This document shows, in pieces, positions 9,114 through 18,531 of a stretch of 35,981 nt of DNA. Position 1 is the stretch's first letter, and each line of letters opens with the position of its first letter. Position numbers and translations under genes: made by a program. This stretch comes from a virus (taxonomy: Duplodnaviria > Heunggongvirae > Uroviricota > Caudoviricetes): positions 1-35,981 of IMG/VR virus record IMGVR_UViG_2563366990_000012; one strand, written 5' to 3'. The notes under the pieces are model-generated. The model searched no databases. It had not been told where the DNA came from and was given only the letters and a program-made list of their open reading frames with translations.

Positions 9114-9698
9114 TCATTGATTTTTTTGGCTAAAAGCCACGATGTAAGAACAGCTCTGCTCACTATCTGGATTGCTCATTTGGTACTCGCTTGCAAAGGT
9201 AAGGGCAAGACAGTCACCGGCACGTAAATGATGGGTCTGATTTTTGACTCGAAAATCAAGGCTGCCACTCATCATCCAAAGCGTTTGCCCGGAAAGATGC
9301 TCATTTGCGGAGGCGGGTATCGTCAGCTCACCCATTGCAGGGATTTCAACTTTGATCAGTTCCGGGCATGCCCCCGCAGGAGACAAAGACCAACGGGTGA
9401 TGCCTGATTGCTCATCCGTCCAGTGCTGTTGCTGATGAGCAAAACGAACCAGGGAATTCTGATGTTGCTCAAGCTCTGCAAAGAGTTTAGATAGCGTTAC
9501 ATTCATGGCGTTGGCCAGGCGGCTAAGGATAGTTGCACTAGGGCTGGAGATGCCTCGTTCAATCTTACTAATCATGGCCTGACTGACGCCCGATCGTTGA
9601 GCAAGCTCTGTTACAGTCAAATTGCGAGCCTTCCTGTGTTTAAGCAATAAACGTGCAATATCGCTATCTACTATCTGATTTTTAAATTTTTTATCCAT
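9114..9698 (-). CDS. XRE-family HTH transcriptional regulator with C-terminal cupin domain, 194 aa
   Basis: N-terminal HTH LLKHRKARNLTVTELAQRSGVSQAMISKIERG plus a C-terminal cupin-like segment. Start trimmed to MDKKFKNQ, which is preceded by GAGAGGG. Confidence 0.75.
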   Translation of the reverse strand: MDKKFKNQIVDSDIARLLLKHRKARNLTVTELAQRSGVSQAMISKIERGISSPSATILSRLANAMNVTLSKLFAELEQHQNSLVRFAHQQQHWTDEQSGITRWSLSPAGACPELIKVEIPAMGELTIPASANEHLSGQTLWMMSGSLDFRVKNQTHHLRAGDCLALTFASEYQMSNPDSEQSCSYIVAFSQKNQ

Positions 9699-9933
9699 TT
9701 CCGCCCTCTCTTTCACCAACCTGATTATGCCATTACATAAATTGGCCTGAAATAAATGATTTTGTAAGTCTGTAAATTCACTACTCCTAAGCGCGGCACT
9801 TCGTTTATACGCACCTATAACCTTAAAATATGAGTTGGTAAGCTTAACGTCCGCTTTTGGCACATAGCGGACTGTCAGATTAGGCTTTACTCTGTGCTAT
9901 AGATATGTAAGCTCACACCAGAGATCATACAAC

Positions 9934-10461
9934 TTATTGCGGCATTTCCGGCCATTCGGGATTTGCAGGATCCACACGACTGACCAGAACGCTGTAGCGT
10001 TCCCATGCTTCCAGTCGGCTGCGTTCCTCATCCGTCGCCATATTCAGCCTGACAGCGCGTTCCAGCGGCAAAATCACGGATTCAGCTTCGGAAAGTAAAG
10101 CTGCCTTTTGTGATTCTGCCTGTTGCTCCTGTTCATCTGCCGTATAAATCCGCTTAATCACGGCACCATCCTTAAACATCCATTTACCTGAGTCATCAGC
10201 ACGTCGGTTGGAGGTAATATCAGGAACCTCGACAACGCTGAAACCTTCAGGGTTAAGCGTTGAAGCATCTCTGGTGATGCCGACAATTATATTATTCTCG
10301 TCGTAAACAATCTTTATCGTGTCTTCCTGAAAATTACTTACTTCCTCATACCAGTTTTTTCCCTCTTCGGACCATAACCAGATAACATCAAAATTTTTTG
10401 TCAGTTGATATTGGGCAACAGTTTTTGGATTACCCGCAGTAATATTTTTTAAATGCTGCAT
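9934..10461 (-). CDS. G: Tail fiber assembly chaperone gpG, 175 aa
   Basis: Immediately downstream of H; length equals P2 G. Confidence 0.85.
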   Translation of the reverse strand: MQHLKNITAGNPKTVAQYQLTKNFDVIWLWSEEGKNWYEEVSNFQEDTIKIVYDENNIIVGITRDASTLNPEGFSVVEVPDITSNRRADDSGKWMFKDGAVIKRIYTADEQEQQAESQKAALLSEAESVILPLERAVRLNMATDEERSRLEAWERYSVLVSRVDPANPEWPEMPQ

Positions 10462-10464
10462 AAA

Positions 10465-12510
10465 TTACACCTGTGCGACGTTATACCATGTGCCATTGAT
10501 GTATTTTTGTATTGGCCTGAATACTGCGGGGTCATCACCATCGACTTCACCGACAATACCAAGCCCGGTAATTACGTGCCCTGCTTTCTCATACATCACC
10601 CCTTTCTGCATGGTCTGGACAACACGTGTGCCAAGTCTGATATCTCTCACATAGCGGGAATCAAAGTTACCGTAATCCGAGGGATTAACACGCCCCGTAA
10701 TATTTATGGTCTTATTACTTTGAATGCTTCCGGAAACAAAGCGCATAACATGGACGTTATTAGCATAAACATCCAGATTACCATCGCCATTTTGTTTAAA
10801 TCCGGTGTCGTTATCACCAAGAACAATAGAGTTCCCACCCAACGCGTTATTCGTGCCAAGTGCCAGCCCGCCATCAATCCTGGCACCATTACCAACAGAC
10901 ACAACTCCTGTTCTTAAGTTGATGCCGAATGGCCTTAATGACCCAATATCTCCATTTTCACCCTCATTTTCTCGTGTAGGAATGATATACAGGTTTTCTT
11001 CAGAACGGCGAAAAATAGCACCAAAAGATGAATTAAATATCCTCAGCGCATTGACTGTAGATATTTTTACTTCACTACTGAAAAGGGCTTTAACAAGAAC
11101 ATACAGAGCATCCCATTTAAGATTCATCAGGTCTTTTGTTGTGGTGCTCTGGCGACTTCTCCATTTGAAATATTCATTGCCGTTGTCACCTGTTTCAAAC
11201 CACATATATGAATCAGTATCGCTGTCGGCATCATTTTTAAATCCAATCTTTGCCCAGTCAGTATTTCGAATCCAGGCAAGGATTGAGTCGTTTTCAAAAG
11301 TAAGCCCGCCGGACAAGGTATCGCCATTTTTTTGCACGGCGTTCCCGGCTCGGTTTACCGTTTCCTGTAAACCGAGATATTCGATAACGGCGGCAACGGT
11401 CGATTTAGCCAGAATATCCCGCCCGACTTTTGTCAGGGTCGCCAGGCTGGCAACATCATTCCCCGTAAAATACGGAAACCTGTCTGCCGCAGTAGCAAGC
11501 CCCGCCAGCGCCGTCAAAGTGGCATCTTTCGGTTGCTTACCCGCAAGCGCATTAGTCATGGTGGTAGCAAAATTCGGGTCATTGCCCAGCGCCGCCGCCA
11601 GCTCGTTCAGCGTATTCAGTGCGTCAGGCGACGAGTCTACAAGGGCGGCAATCGCGGCCATAACGAAAGCCGTGTTTGCGATCTGAGTATTATTCGTTCC
11701 CTGTCGCGCAGTTGGCGTCGTTGGCGTTCCGGTCAGTGCAGGGCTGTTTAATGGCGCTTTCTTGTTCGTTTCATCCATTACCGTCTTAACGGCTTTTGGT
11801 GTTGCGGCGAGCGTTTCAGACATGCTGTTGGTCGCACTACTTAGCTGGACAAGACCTTTTCGCGCTGTGGTAGCGTCCTGTGCGGTATATTTCCCGTTAG
11901 CAAGGTCATACGCGGCCTTTACCGCTTTCGGCGTTGCGGCCAGTGTTTCAGACGTGCTGTTGGTCGCACTGCTTAACTGAGTAAAACCTTTGGCGGTCAG
12001 CGAGGCGTCCGGGTGACGTCGTGACTGTTCGTGCTCTGCAATTTTGTCATCAACGTAATCCTGTGTCGCCATCACCGTTGTGGTGTCAATGGTCAGCTCC
12101 ACCGAGGCCACACTGCTGACGATGATGACCATGCGACAGGTCTGCGAACGCCCTGAGCCTTCGGCAAGAGCTGGCTTATAACTTTCGGCCATGTTCGCCA
12201 CGGCAATTAACGTTCCCGCATCATCGTACAGGCCAAGCTCACGCATCCAGAAACCGCCCACCTCCGGCGGAATAACCAGCTCTGCGATAATATAATTACT
12301 GTTTCGTTTGTCCTGGCTGATTTTGTTCAGCGTATGTCGCCAGACTTCGTGGATAAGCCCGGTCTGTCCGGCATCCGGGACAGGCAATTTACCACCGCCA
12401 TCCCCGACGGCCATCGTGGTAATGTTGACCTTCCGCCCTCCCGGTGCGGTTGCCGCTGCCAGCTTTGCTGCACCGGCAGTGGTGATAACGGTTTTGAATT
12501 TTGTGCTCAT
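10465..12510 (-). CDS. H: Tail fiber protein gpH, 681 aa
   Basis: N-terminus MSTKFKTVITTAGAAKLAAATAPGG, internal phage fiber repeats (SETLAATPKAVK twice), C-terminal receptor-binding region. Confidence 0.9.
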   Translation of the reverse strand: MSTKFKTVITTAGAAKLAAATAPGGRKVNITTMAVGDGGGKLPVPDAGQTGLIHEVWRHTLNKISQDKRNSNYIIAELVIPPEVGGFWMRELGLYDDAGTLIAVANMAESYKPALAEGSGRSQTCRMVIIVSSVASVELTIDTTTVMATQDYVDDKIAEHEQSRRHPDASLTAKGFTQLSSATNSTSETLAATPKAVKAAYDLANGKYTAQDATTARKGLVQLSSATNSMSETLAATPKAVKTVMDETNKKAPLNSPALTGTPTTPTARQGTNNTQIANTAFVMAAIAALVDSSPDALNTLNELAAALGNDPNFATTMTNALAGKQPKDATLTALAGLATAADRFPYFTGNDVASLATLTKVGRDILAKSTVAAVIEYLGLQETVNRAGNAVQKNGDTLSGGLTFENDSILAWIRNTDWAKIGFKNDADSDTDSYMWFETGDNGNEYFKWRSRQSTTTKDLMNLKWDALYVLVKALFSSEVKISTVNALRIFNSSFGAIFRRSEENLYIIPTRENEGENGDIGSLRPFGINLRTGVVSVGNGARIDGGLALGTNNALGGNSIVLGDNDTGFKQNGDGNLDVYANNVHVMRFVSGSIQSNKTINITGRVNPSDYGNFDSRYVRDIRLGTRVVQTMQKGVMYEKAGHVITGLGIVGEVDGDDPAVFRPIQKYINGTWYNVAQV
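11780..11985. repeat. Imperfect ~138-bp tandem duplication inside H encoding the repeated fiber motif
   Basis: DNA segments GCGGCGAGCGTTTCAGACATGCTGTTGGTCGCACT and GCGGCCAGTGTTTCAGACGTGCTGTTGGTCGCACT about 138 bp apart; the protein shows a duplicated LSSATNS(T/M)SETLAATPKAVK motif. Confidence 0.7.
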
Positions 12511-12520
12511 TATTCCTCAC

Positions 12521-13051
12521 TTATCCGGGGTAAACCGTAATTACATCGCCGTCGTAAGCCACACCACCGGCGAACAGGTAGCCGGGAATGTCCCGGGTAA
12601 TGTTCAGGCCAATAAGGTGGCGGCTTGCAGGTTTGGCATCAGCAATCAGCCGTTCCATTTCCTGATACATTGCCTCTGTGATGCCACTTTCCAGTACACC
12701 AATATCAAGCCGGAAGGTGCCCGGCGGGTCACTGGTTTCCCACCACTCCGTCACGTTGATGAGATAGCCCAGCGGCTCCACCACACGCCGGATTGCACCT
12801 ATAGTGCCTTTATGACAGTGGATGAAATAGGCATCGCGGATAACAGCGCGTTTTGTCGCTTCCGGCCACTTTTCATCCCATCTGTCGACCGAAAACGCCC
12901 ACGCCAGCCACGGCAGCAGATTTGCCGGACAGGAGTCCGGGTTCCACAGCTCACGAATACTGACCGGTGTTTTTTCAATTTCCGCACAGGCTTTTGCGGC
13001 GGCGACCTCAAGCGGTGATGAGCCGGTCGGCAACAGTCGCGAATCACTCAT
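12521..13051 (-). CDS. I: Baseplate assembly protein gpI, 176 aa
   Basis: Position and length match P2 I; overlaps the J stop. Confidence 0.88.
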   Translation of the reverse strand: MSDSRLLPTGSSPLEVAAAKACAEIEKTPVSIRELWNPDSCPANLLPWLAWAFSVDRWDEKWPEATKRAVIRDAYFIHCHKGTIGAIRRVVEPLGYLINVTEWWETSDPPGTFRLDIGVLESGITEAMYQEMERLIADAKPASRHLIGLNITRDIPGYLFAGGVAYDGDVITVYPG

Positions 13052-13952
13052 CCGAGCCTCCGGTCACGACGCGGTATTCGGTACAGAAAGACGCCTGCGT
13101 ACTGTTGAGCACGATGTCGGCCAGTGGTGCGGCCAGCTCGACACGCTGCACGCCTTCCACATGCAAAGCGGCATAAATGGCAGACAGACGGATGTCGCGC
13201 CCCAGCCGGTGCTGTGCCGTGATGTACGCTTCCAGTTTTTTCACGGCGGCAGCGCGTATGGGTTCGCTTTCGGGACCAGGGTAAAGGTAAAGCGTGGCGT
13301 TTATCTGGTATTCAACGATGGCGGCAGACTGCACGGTCACGCGGTCGGCCACCGGCCTGACGTCCTCGCCATTAAGGGCGTTACGCACCACCGCCAGCAG
13401 GTCTTCGGATGCGACACCGTTATTTTCACGTGACAGCACAGAGATGGTGACGCAGGCCGGAGACGGACTGGTGACAGAGATATCCGCGACACGCCCGTCA
13501 GCACTGCGACCATGATACTGATAGGCACCCACCGACCCGGCGACGCTTAAACCTTCAAAGGCCTGCTGAATACGCAGACGATAATCGGTGTCAGATTCCA
13601 TCACGGCCGGTGTCGGCGGGATGGTCGAATCATCTGCCGGGGTGATAGTCAGACGCGTGGTGTTGTAATTGGCACCAATCACATCAAGGTCATTACCCGC
13701 GGCACAGGCCAGCATCACCGCCCGTGCGGCCTCATTCACACGCTGACGCCAGAGAAGCTCACGATAAGCATTTTCCTCCAGCAGTTTGACGAGAGGCTCA
13801 GATTCCAGCGTCAGGGTACGGGCGACCGCCTCCTGCTGGTCTTCCGGGTAAAGGGAAATCAGTGTCGCCTTGCGTTCGGCGAGAATGGTTTCAAAGTCCA
13901 GCTCCTCGACCACATCCGGTGCGGGTAGCTGGTTCAGGTCGATAATCGGCAT
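13044..13952 (-). CDS. J: Baseplate assembly protein gpJ, 302 aa
   Basis: Position and length match P2 J. Confidence 0.88.
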   Translation of the reverse strand: MPIIDLNQLPAPDVVEELDFETILAERKATLISLYPEDQQEAVARTLTLESEPLVKLLEENAYRELLWRQRVNEAARAVMLACAAGNDLDVIGANYNTTRLTITPADDSTIPPTPAVMESDTDYRLRIQQAFEGLSVAGSVGAYQYHGRSADGRVADISVTSPSPACVTISVLSRENNGVASEDLLAVVRNALNGEDVRPVADRVTVQSAAIVEYQINATLYLYPGPESEPIRAAAVKKLEAYITAQHRLGRDIRLSAIYAALHVEGVQRVELAAPLADIVLNSTQASFCTEYRVVTGGSDE

Positions 13953-13956
13953 GGTT

Positions 13957-14304
13957 TCAACTCACAGGGATGGTTAACGAAAGTGGCTGGCCGGTGTCGT
14001 TGTGCTGGCCGGTTAACGTGACCGTCATTCGCCCGTCAAAACTGCGCGCCGTGGTGACAGATGACAGCGTGACGCGGGGTTCCCATTTCAGCACCGCCAT
14101 GTAACAGGCGACCTTAATCTGCAACTCAAGCGCCGGGGTCTGCGGCTGGTCAATCATTGATGCCAGCAACGAGCCGTAATCACGACGCATCACCCGTGAG
14201 CCGACCGGTGTACGCAGGATATCGCCGATACTCTGGCTGATATGCTCAAGGTCAGTGACAGTCAGGCCATTACTGCGATTCATTCCGAGATAACGAGCTG
14301 TCAT
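13957..14304 (-). CDS. W: Baseplate protein gpW, 115 aa
   Basis: Position and length match P2 W. Confidence 0.88.
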   Translation of the reverse strand: MTARYLGMNRSNGLTVTDLEHISQSIGDILRTPVGSRVMRRDYGSLLASMIDQPQTPALELQIKVACYMAVLKWEPRVTLSSVTTARSFDGRMTVTLTGQHNDTGQPLSLTIPVS

Positions 14305-14936
14305 AAAGGACTCCCGGTTGTGCCGCCGCTGTCGCCGGGGTGTTTGTGGGTATGCAGTACCTTACCGTTTGATGAGAGTTCACCGCCGGTGTGTTCAATG
14401 TTGCCACGCATCGTCCCGCCCTTCTGTACTTCCAGCGTGCTAGTAATCAGCCTGTTGGTGCAGACCACCTCCGGTGTGTCCAGGGTGATGCGAGTTGACG
14501 CTTTCACCATGACCACCGGCACCGTGGCAGTAACAGAATCAGAAGCCGTCACGCTGGCCGTTTTAATTCCGCTTACCGTGAGTGCACTGGTTTCGGGTTC
14601 ATACTCAATCACCGCCCCGTCAGGGAAACGGATATGCAGGGCATCCGCCGACGCAGACGGCGCGGGGTTATCGCCGGAATAAATCCCCGGCAGAACGAAC
14701 GCCGTGTCAAGTTCACCACCCACGGCCAGAATCAGCACCTGTTCCCCCACGGAAGGTGCCCACCATGTGCGCGAACGCCCGGCGCGATGGGTCAGCCACT
14801 GAAGCCAGTCGGTGCACATGCCGCCGGTCTGCACACGGCAGCGACCGGCGTTAAGGTCGGTTTCGACGACAAGGCCGGTACGAATCATGTTGCGCAGTGC
14901 GCGCGCGAGTTCCTGAATATTTGCGAGAGTGTTCAT
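14301..14936 (-). CDS. V: Baseplate spike protein gpV, 211 aa
   Basis: MNTLANIQELARAL...; track ORF trimmed by six codons to the P2 V length. Confidence 0.88.
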   Translation of the reverse strand: MNTLANIQELARALRNMIRTGLVVETDLNAGRCRVQTGGMCTDWLQWLTHRAGRSRTWWAPSVGEQVLILAVGGELDTAFVLPGIYSGDNPAPSASADALHIRFPDGAVIEYEPETSALTVSGIKTASVTASDSVTATVPVVMVKASTRITLDTPEVVCTNRLITSTLEVQKGGTMRGNIEHTGGELSSNGKVLHTHKHPGDSGGTTGSPL

Positions 14937-15019
14937 GCGTGTGAGATTGCACAATATATAAAAGTTATGCTATCTGGATTCATTTGTAGAACGACCATAC
15001 AACATTCGAGGAGAGCGTA

Positions 15020-15805
15020 ATGTTCAGTGATAATGTGATTAATGCGTGGTGGTTTATCTCTTTGTATCTATTTTTATTAATAGCATTAACATTTGTTACC
15101 TTTGGTAAAAGTAATCTTATGAGGTTTATTGCACATCATTTCAATCTTGAGTATTCAGACAGAAAGTTAAAAATGCTCGACAAAAAATGGCGCGACATTC
15201 AACTATTTAAAACAATTAACGGAATCAATGTATCAGGCATCGAAGATGTGAGAATGATACAGCAGGGGCTGATTGATGGAAAACTAAAAACATCGTATTT
15301 TTTCCTTACTCGCTTCTGGGGTGACATAACAAAACCACCACACATAATTAAAACAATAATTGTAATTCTGGCCAGTATTATTTATATTCTCTTCGCATGT
15401 TATATACACAACAAACAATCCGCTATAGTAAGAGATGCCATAGGCATACCATATAAAAATATGATGTACTATGTTTATAGTGACAAAGTTCTTTTATCCT
15501 TCAAAAATAAAACAGTTGAACTTAATAAAACTTATAGCCTTGCCGATTGCAAGACCCTGCAAAACGTATTTATAAAAGACACACTTCCTGAAATCGCCTG
15601 CAATAAGCTCTTACAGCTAAACGAGGAGGACTCCGAATGGTTAAGTCAGGAGATTAAAGATAATAACAGCCACAAAAAAGCATTATTAATACTATCCCTC
15701 GTCTATTTCATTTCAGGCCTGCTTATATTCCTGTCATATACAAAATTCCTTTACGCCAATAAGAAGGTTTTAGAATACAAAGCATCAAATAAAAACCACT
15801 CATAA
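15020..15805 (+). CDS. AT-rich predicted membrane protein, 261 aa, at the P2 orf30 position between V and S
   Basis: AGGAGA 5 nt upstream of ATG; three hydrophobic segments (AWWFISLYLFLLIALTFVTF, IIKTIIVILASIIYILFACYI, ALLILSLVYFISGLLIFLSY); about 28-30% GC; opposite strand to flanking late genes. Confidence 0.7.
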   Translation: MFSDNVINAWWFISLYLFLLIALTFVTFGKSNLMRFIAHHFNLEYSDRKLKMLDKKWRDIQLFKTINGINVSGIEDVRMIQQGLIDGKLKTSYFFLTRFWGDITKPPHIIKTIIVILASIIYILFACYIHNKQSAIVRDAIGIPYKNMMYYVYSDKVLLSFKNKTVELNKTYSLADCKTLQNVFIKDTLPEIACNKLLQLNEEDSEWLSQEIKDNNSHKKALLILSLVYFISGLLIFLSYTKFLYANKKVLEYKASNKNHS

Positions 15806-15811
15806 ACCTCT

Positions 15812-15846
15812 AAACATTGAGCGACCAGCACGGCCGCTCAATGTTT
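15812..15846. terminator. Bidirectional hairpin terminator between the membrane-protein cargo gene and S
   Basis: Perfect 12-bp inverted repeat AAACATTGAGCG ... CGCTCAATGTTT with an 11-nt loop, followed by AATT. Confidence 0.6.
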
Positions 15847-15876
15847 AATTGCGCATCAGCCTCTGCCTGGATAAAA

Positions 15877-16329
15877 CTAACGCTCAAGGTGAGCCAGGAT
15901 AGTCTCTTCAATCATCTGCACATCCTCACCGGTAAAGCCGAGCAGGGGACGCGCCGGATAATCAATTTTCTTACCGTCTTTCCGGTTTTCTTCCGACAGG
16001 CCGAACTGATGCACGCTGGCGATTTTTGGTGACTTCCCGCCGTAAAATTCCATTGATGCCTGTTCCGGGCTGGCGCGGATATGCAAAAAGCGACTGGTGA
16101 TAAGTTTCGCAAACATTTTTCGCTTAACACGACCGGTCTTTTTTCTGGCGCTCTGCTGCTGGCGTGGCGCGTAGGGTGTGCCGTCCGGGGCTTTCTGTGC
16201 CATCACCCGACGCTGCTGACTCTGACGCAGACGTTTCGCCAGTTCGGTACTCAGTCGTCGACGCCCTGACGGTGACAGCGACTCAATCAGTCCGGTCAGC
16301 CGGTCTTCAAAACGCTTAAACTCATTCAT
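15877..16329 (-). CDS. S: Tail completion protein gpS, 150 aa
   Basis: Position and length match P2 S. Confidence 0.88.
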   Translation of the reverse strand: MNEFKRFEDRLTGLIESLSPSGRRRLSTELAKRLRQSQQRRVMAQKAPDGTPYAPRQQQSARKKTGRVKRKMFAKLITSRFLHIRASPEQASMEFYGGKSPKIASVHQFGLSEENRKDGKKIDYPARPLLGFTGEDVQMIEETILAHLER

Positions 16330-16789
16330 CCCACTTGCTCACCAGTTCGCCATTGATATACAGCTCCATCGGGCGGGTAACCGGCTCCGGCGGCGGAGGT
16401 TCCGGGATATTCTTCACATGCAGCGCGCCGTCAACCTCACTGACCAGCGTGCGCTCGGTCAGCATCAGGCTGATGCTGATATCAAAGCTGCTGTCATTGT
16501 TGATGTCTGCATAAAACGTGAAGCCCTTTTTCTGGCCTTCGTCGGTGGTCATGATGTCGGGCTGATTTTCCCGCAGCCACGCCAGCACCGGCACAATGAG
16601 CAGGTCAAAATCACCGGTAAAGTCGGTCACAATCACATTGAGCGTGTAACGCTTTTCGAATGACATAGACGTCGCCAGTGTGGAGGCAATACTCCCGTTA
16701 TCCACGAATATCCGCAGCATCTCGGGACTGGTTTTCAGCACCGTGACGGCATCAGTCAGCGCCCTGCGCAGGCTGTCGGGTTTGAGCAT
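16322..16789 (-). CDS. R: Tail completion protein gpR, 155 aa
   Basis: Position and length match P2 R. Confidence 0.88.
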   Translation of the reverse strand: MLKPDSLRRALTDAVTVLKTSPEMLRIFVDNGSIASTLATSMSFEKRYTLNVIVTDFTGDFDLLIVPVLAWLRENQPDIMTTDEGQKKGFTFYADINNDSSFDISISLMLTERTLVSEVDGALHVKNIPEPPPPEPVTRPMELYINGELVSKWDE

Positions 16790-17042
16790 CGTTTTCGTCC
16801 TGACAGTGTTTAATCATTTTTACCTGGCTGGCACAGCGTGCCAGCGCGTTCTCAAGCAGCCGGATATCGGCACTTAAATCGCCGTTCTTCTGCGGGTCAC
16901 TGCCCGGCATCGGGCAAAGACTCACTTTCGGGCAGGCGTTGTGGACAATCACTGGCGTCTGCGCAGGCCGGGCGCTGGTGCAACCGGCGCACAGCATCAG
17001 GCAGGTCAGCACCGTACCAGCGGCGAAAATCTTCGTTTTCAT
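16752..17042 (-). CDS. lysC: LysC outer-membrane lipoprotein spanin (Rz1-like), 96 aa
   Basis: MKTKIFAAGTVLTCLMLCAGC lipobox signal in an alternative frame overlapping the 3' part of lysB, extending into R as in P2. Confidence 0.75.
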   Translation of the reverse strand: MKTKIFAAGTVLTCLMLCAGCTSARPAQTPVIVHNACPKVSLCPMPGSDPQKNGDLSADIRLLENALARCASQVKMIKHCQDENDAQTRQPAQGAD

Positions 17043-17322
17043 TGAGTAACCTCGTGATGGTTTTCTCGCGCTGTGCTTCACGCTTCGCGGCGTTCTCCAG
17101 TTCCTGACGCAGTGCCACCTGCGCCAGCTCGTTTTTGTCTGCCCTGGTGATGGCAACATGAAGCTGATTTTTCAGCATGGTGATGGTCGTCTGCTGTTCA
17201 CTGGCGACGTTATTCGCCCTGTCCAGCGAGGCGCGCAGGCTGGCATTTTTGTGTTTCACCAGAAACAGACCGGCCACCGCCAGCGATAACAACACGACCA
17301 GCACAATCATCAGCTTTGACAT
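16897..17322 (-). CDS. lysB: LysB inner-membrane spanin (Rz-like), 141 aa
   Basis: N-terminal TM segment MSKLMIVLVVLLSLAVAGLFLV followed by a coiled-coil periplasmic domain. Confidence 0.85.
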   Translation of the reverse strand: MSKLMIVLVVLLSLAVAGLFLVKHKNASLRASLDRANNVASEQQTTITMLKNQLHVAITRADKNELAQVALRQELENAAKREAQREKTITRLLNENEDFRRWYGADLPDAVRRLHQRPACADASDCPQRLPESESLPDAGQ

Positions 17323-17735
17323 AGTTCCCGCCCCTCAAGACGCTGACGACAGGCTTTACGTATCAGCCGGAAAAACAGCGACGCCACAAGATAAATCAGC
17401 GCGGTAAAAATCCACCCGGCAGCGACCAGCGAGATAAACGTCGCCACCATCACCACCAGAGCCGCCGCCCGTCTGCGCCACGGCACCGGCTGCAAAAACA
17501 GCGACGTGACAATCTTCACGGCCAGCGATTCCGGCGGCAGCTCCCGCCCGTAGAGTTCCAGCACATACTCCGTGGCATACACGCCGACACCACCGGCAAC
17601 CACACAGATAACCGTCGCCAGAATCGCCCAGGTGGCGACAAAACTGACGGCCACGCTCTGCGGGTAAATCAGGGACAGTGCCAGCATCAGCGCCAGCGAC
17701 ACGTTCAGCATCAGTGAAAGGGATAATTTCTTCAT
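17310..17735 (-). CDS. lysA: LysA lysis timing membrane protein, 141 aa
   Basis: Multi-TM hydrophobic protein in the P2 lysA position. Confidence 0.8.
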   Translation of the reverse strand: MKKLSLSLMLNVSLALMLALSLIYPQSVAVSFVATWAILATVICVVAGGVGVYATEYVLELYGRELPPESLAVKIVTSLFLQPVPWRRRAAALVVMVATFISLVAAGWIFTALIYLVASLFFRLIRKACRQRLEGRELCQS

Positions 17736-17749
17736 GGTGTTTACTCCGT

Positions 17750-18247
17750 TTAAGCCGGTACGCCGCCGGCGGTACGCCAGACGGTGACCAGTTTTTCCAG
17801 TGAATGCTCACGCTGACCGTAACCGGCACCCGGCAGGGACGCCCAGATATTGCGACAGCGTGAAATGGCGCGCTCAATGCGTCCCGCCCGGATGTCATCC
17901 AGTGCACCGCGTTCGCGGATCAACTGAATGGCGAGCCTGTCCTGTGACAACGGACTGAAATCCGGCAGGGCAAGCTGTTTGCGGTAGTGCGGCCAGAACA
18001 GGTAAAGCTGCTGATAGCGACCGGAGGCCGTGGATTTTTCACCGCGACGGTTAAACACCTTCGCCGGTCGGCCATGCGCGAACGGGTGATCACTGTAGTC
18101 GGTGAAAATTTCCGGCTTTCCGTCCAGTCCGGTGACTATCACGTCATAGCCCCGGTTTTTCGTCAGCGGATGATTCGCCGTCCCTTCGGACACGGCCAGC
18201 ATGTCGAGAAAGGCGGCGATATTCTGATGCGTGTTAATTACCGGCAT
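17750..18247 (-). CDS. K: Endolysin gpK (lysozyme-family/transglycosylase), 165 aa
   Basis: MPVINTHQNIAAFLDMLAVSEGT... between holin and lysA. Confidence 0.88.
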   Translation of the reverse strand: MPVINTHQNIAAFLDMLAVSEGTANHPLTKNRGYDVIVTGLDGKPEIFTDYSDHPFAHGRPAKVFNRRGEKSTASGRYQQLYLFWPHYRKQLALPDFSPLSQDRLAIQLIRERGALDDIRAGRIERAISRCRNIWASLPGAGYGQREHSLEKLVTVWRTAGGVPA

Positions 18248-18528
18248 TACGGTTTCCCCCTGCCCTTAAAGCGGCGCTGAATGGCAATCTCAATCACCTG
18301 ATAACCGGCGATACCCAGCATGGAACCGATGCCGCACACCGCAGGCAGTGACAGGTCAGGAAACTGCACCAGAACAACACCGGCAACCATCGAGACAAAA
18401 CCGCCGAGCAACATGCGCCCGATAAACAGACGCGGGGTGATGGGTTCACCACCGGCAAGCACCTTGCCGACAACAATCAGCACCCCAATCATGAAAAGCG
18501 ACAGGACGCTTTTTTCTTCTGCTGTCAT
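18247..18528 (-). CDS. Y: Holin gpY, 93 aa
   Basis: Small protein with hydrophobic segments and a charged C-terminus (QRRFKGRGKP), upstream of the endolysin. Confidence 0.85.
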   Translation of the reverse strand: MTAEEKSVLSLFMIGVLIVVGKVLAGGEPITPRLFIGRMLLGGFVSMVAGVVLVQFPDLSLPAVCGIGSMLGIAGYQVIEIAIQRRFKGRGKP

Positions 18529-18531
18529 GCG

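Noticed and set aside
8650-9698. GNAT plus regulator read as a classical type II toxin-antitoxin operon
   Set aside because: The genes are convergent rather than co-transcribed, and the partner is an XRE-cupin regulator rather than an RHH/DUF1778 antitoxin, so I report it only as candidate cargo.
14937-15019. Exact Ogr-binding TGT-N12-ACA element upstream of V, and likewise upstream of FI and between O and P
   Set aside because: I found TGT...ACA pairs only with N11 or N14 spacing by eye (for example TGTAGAACGACCATACA), so I do not annotate precise late-promoter elements.
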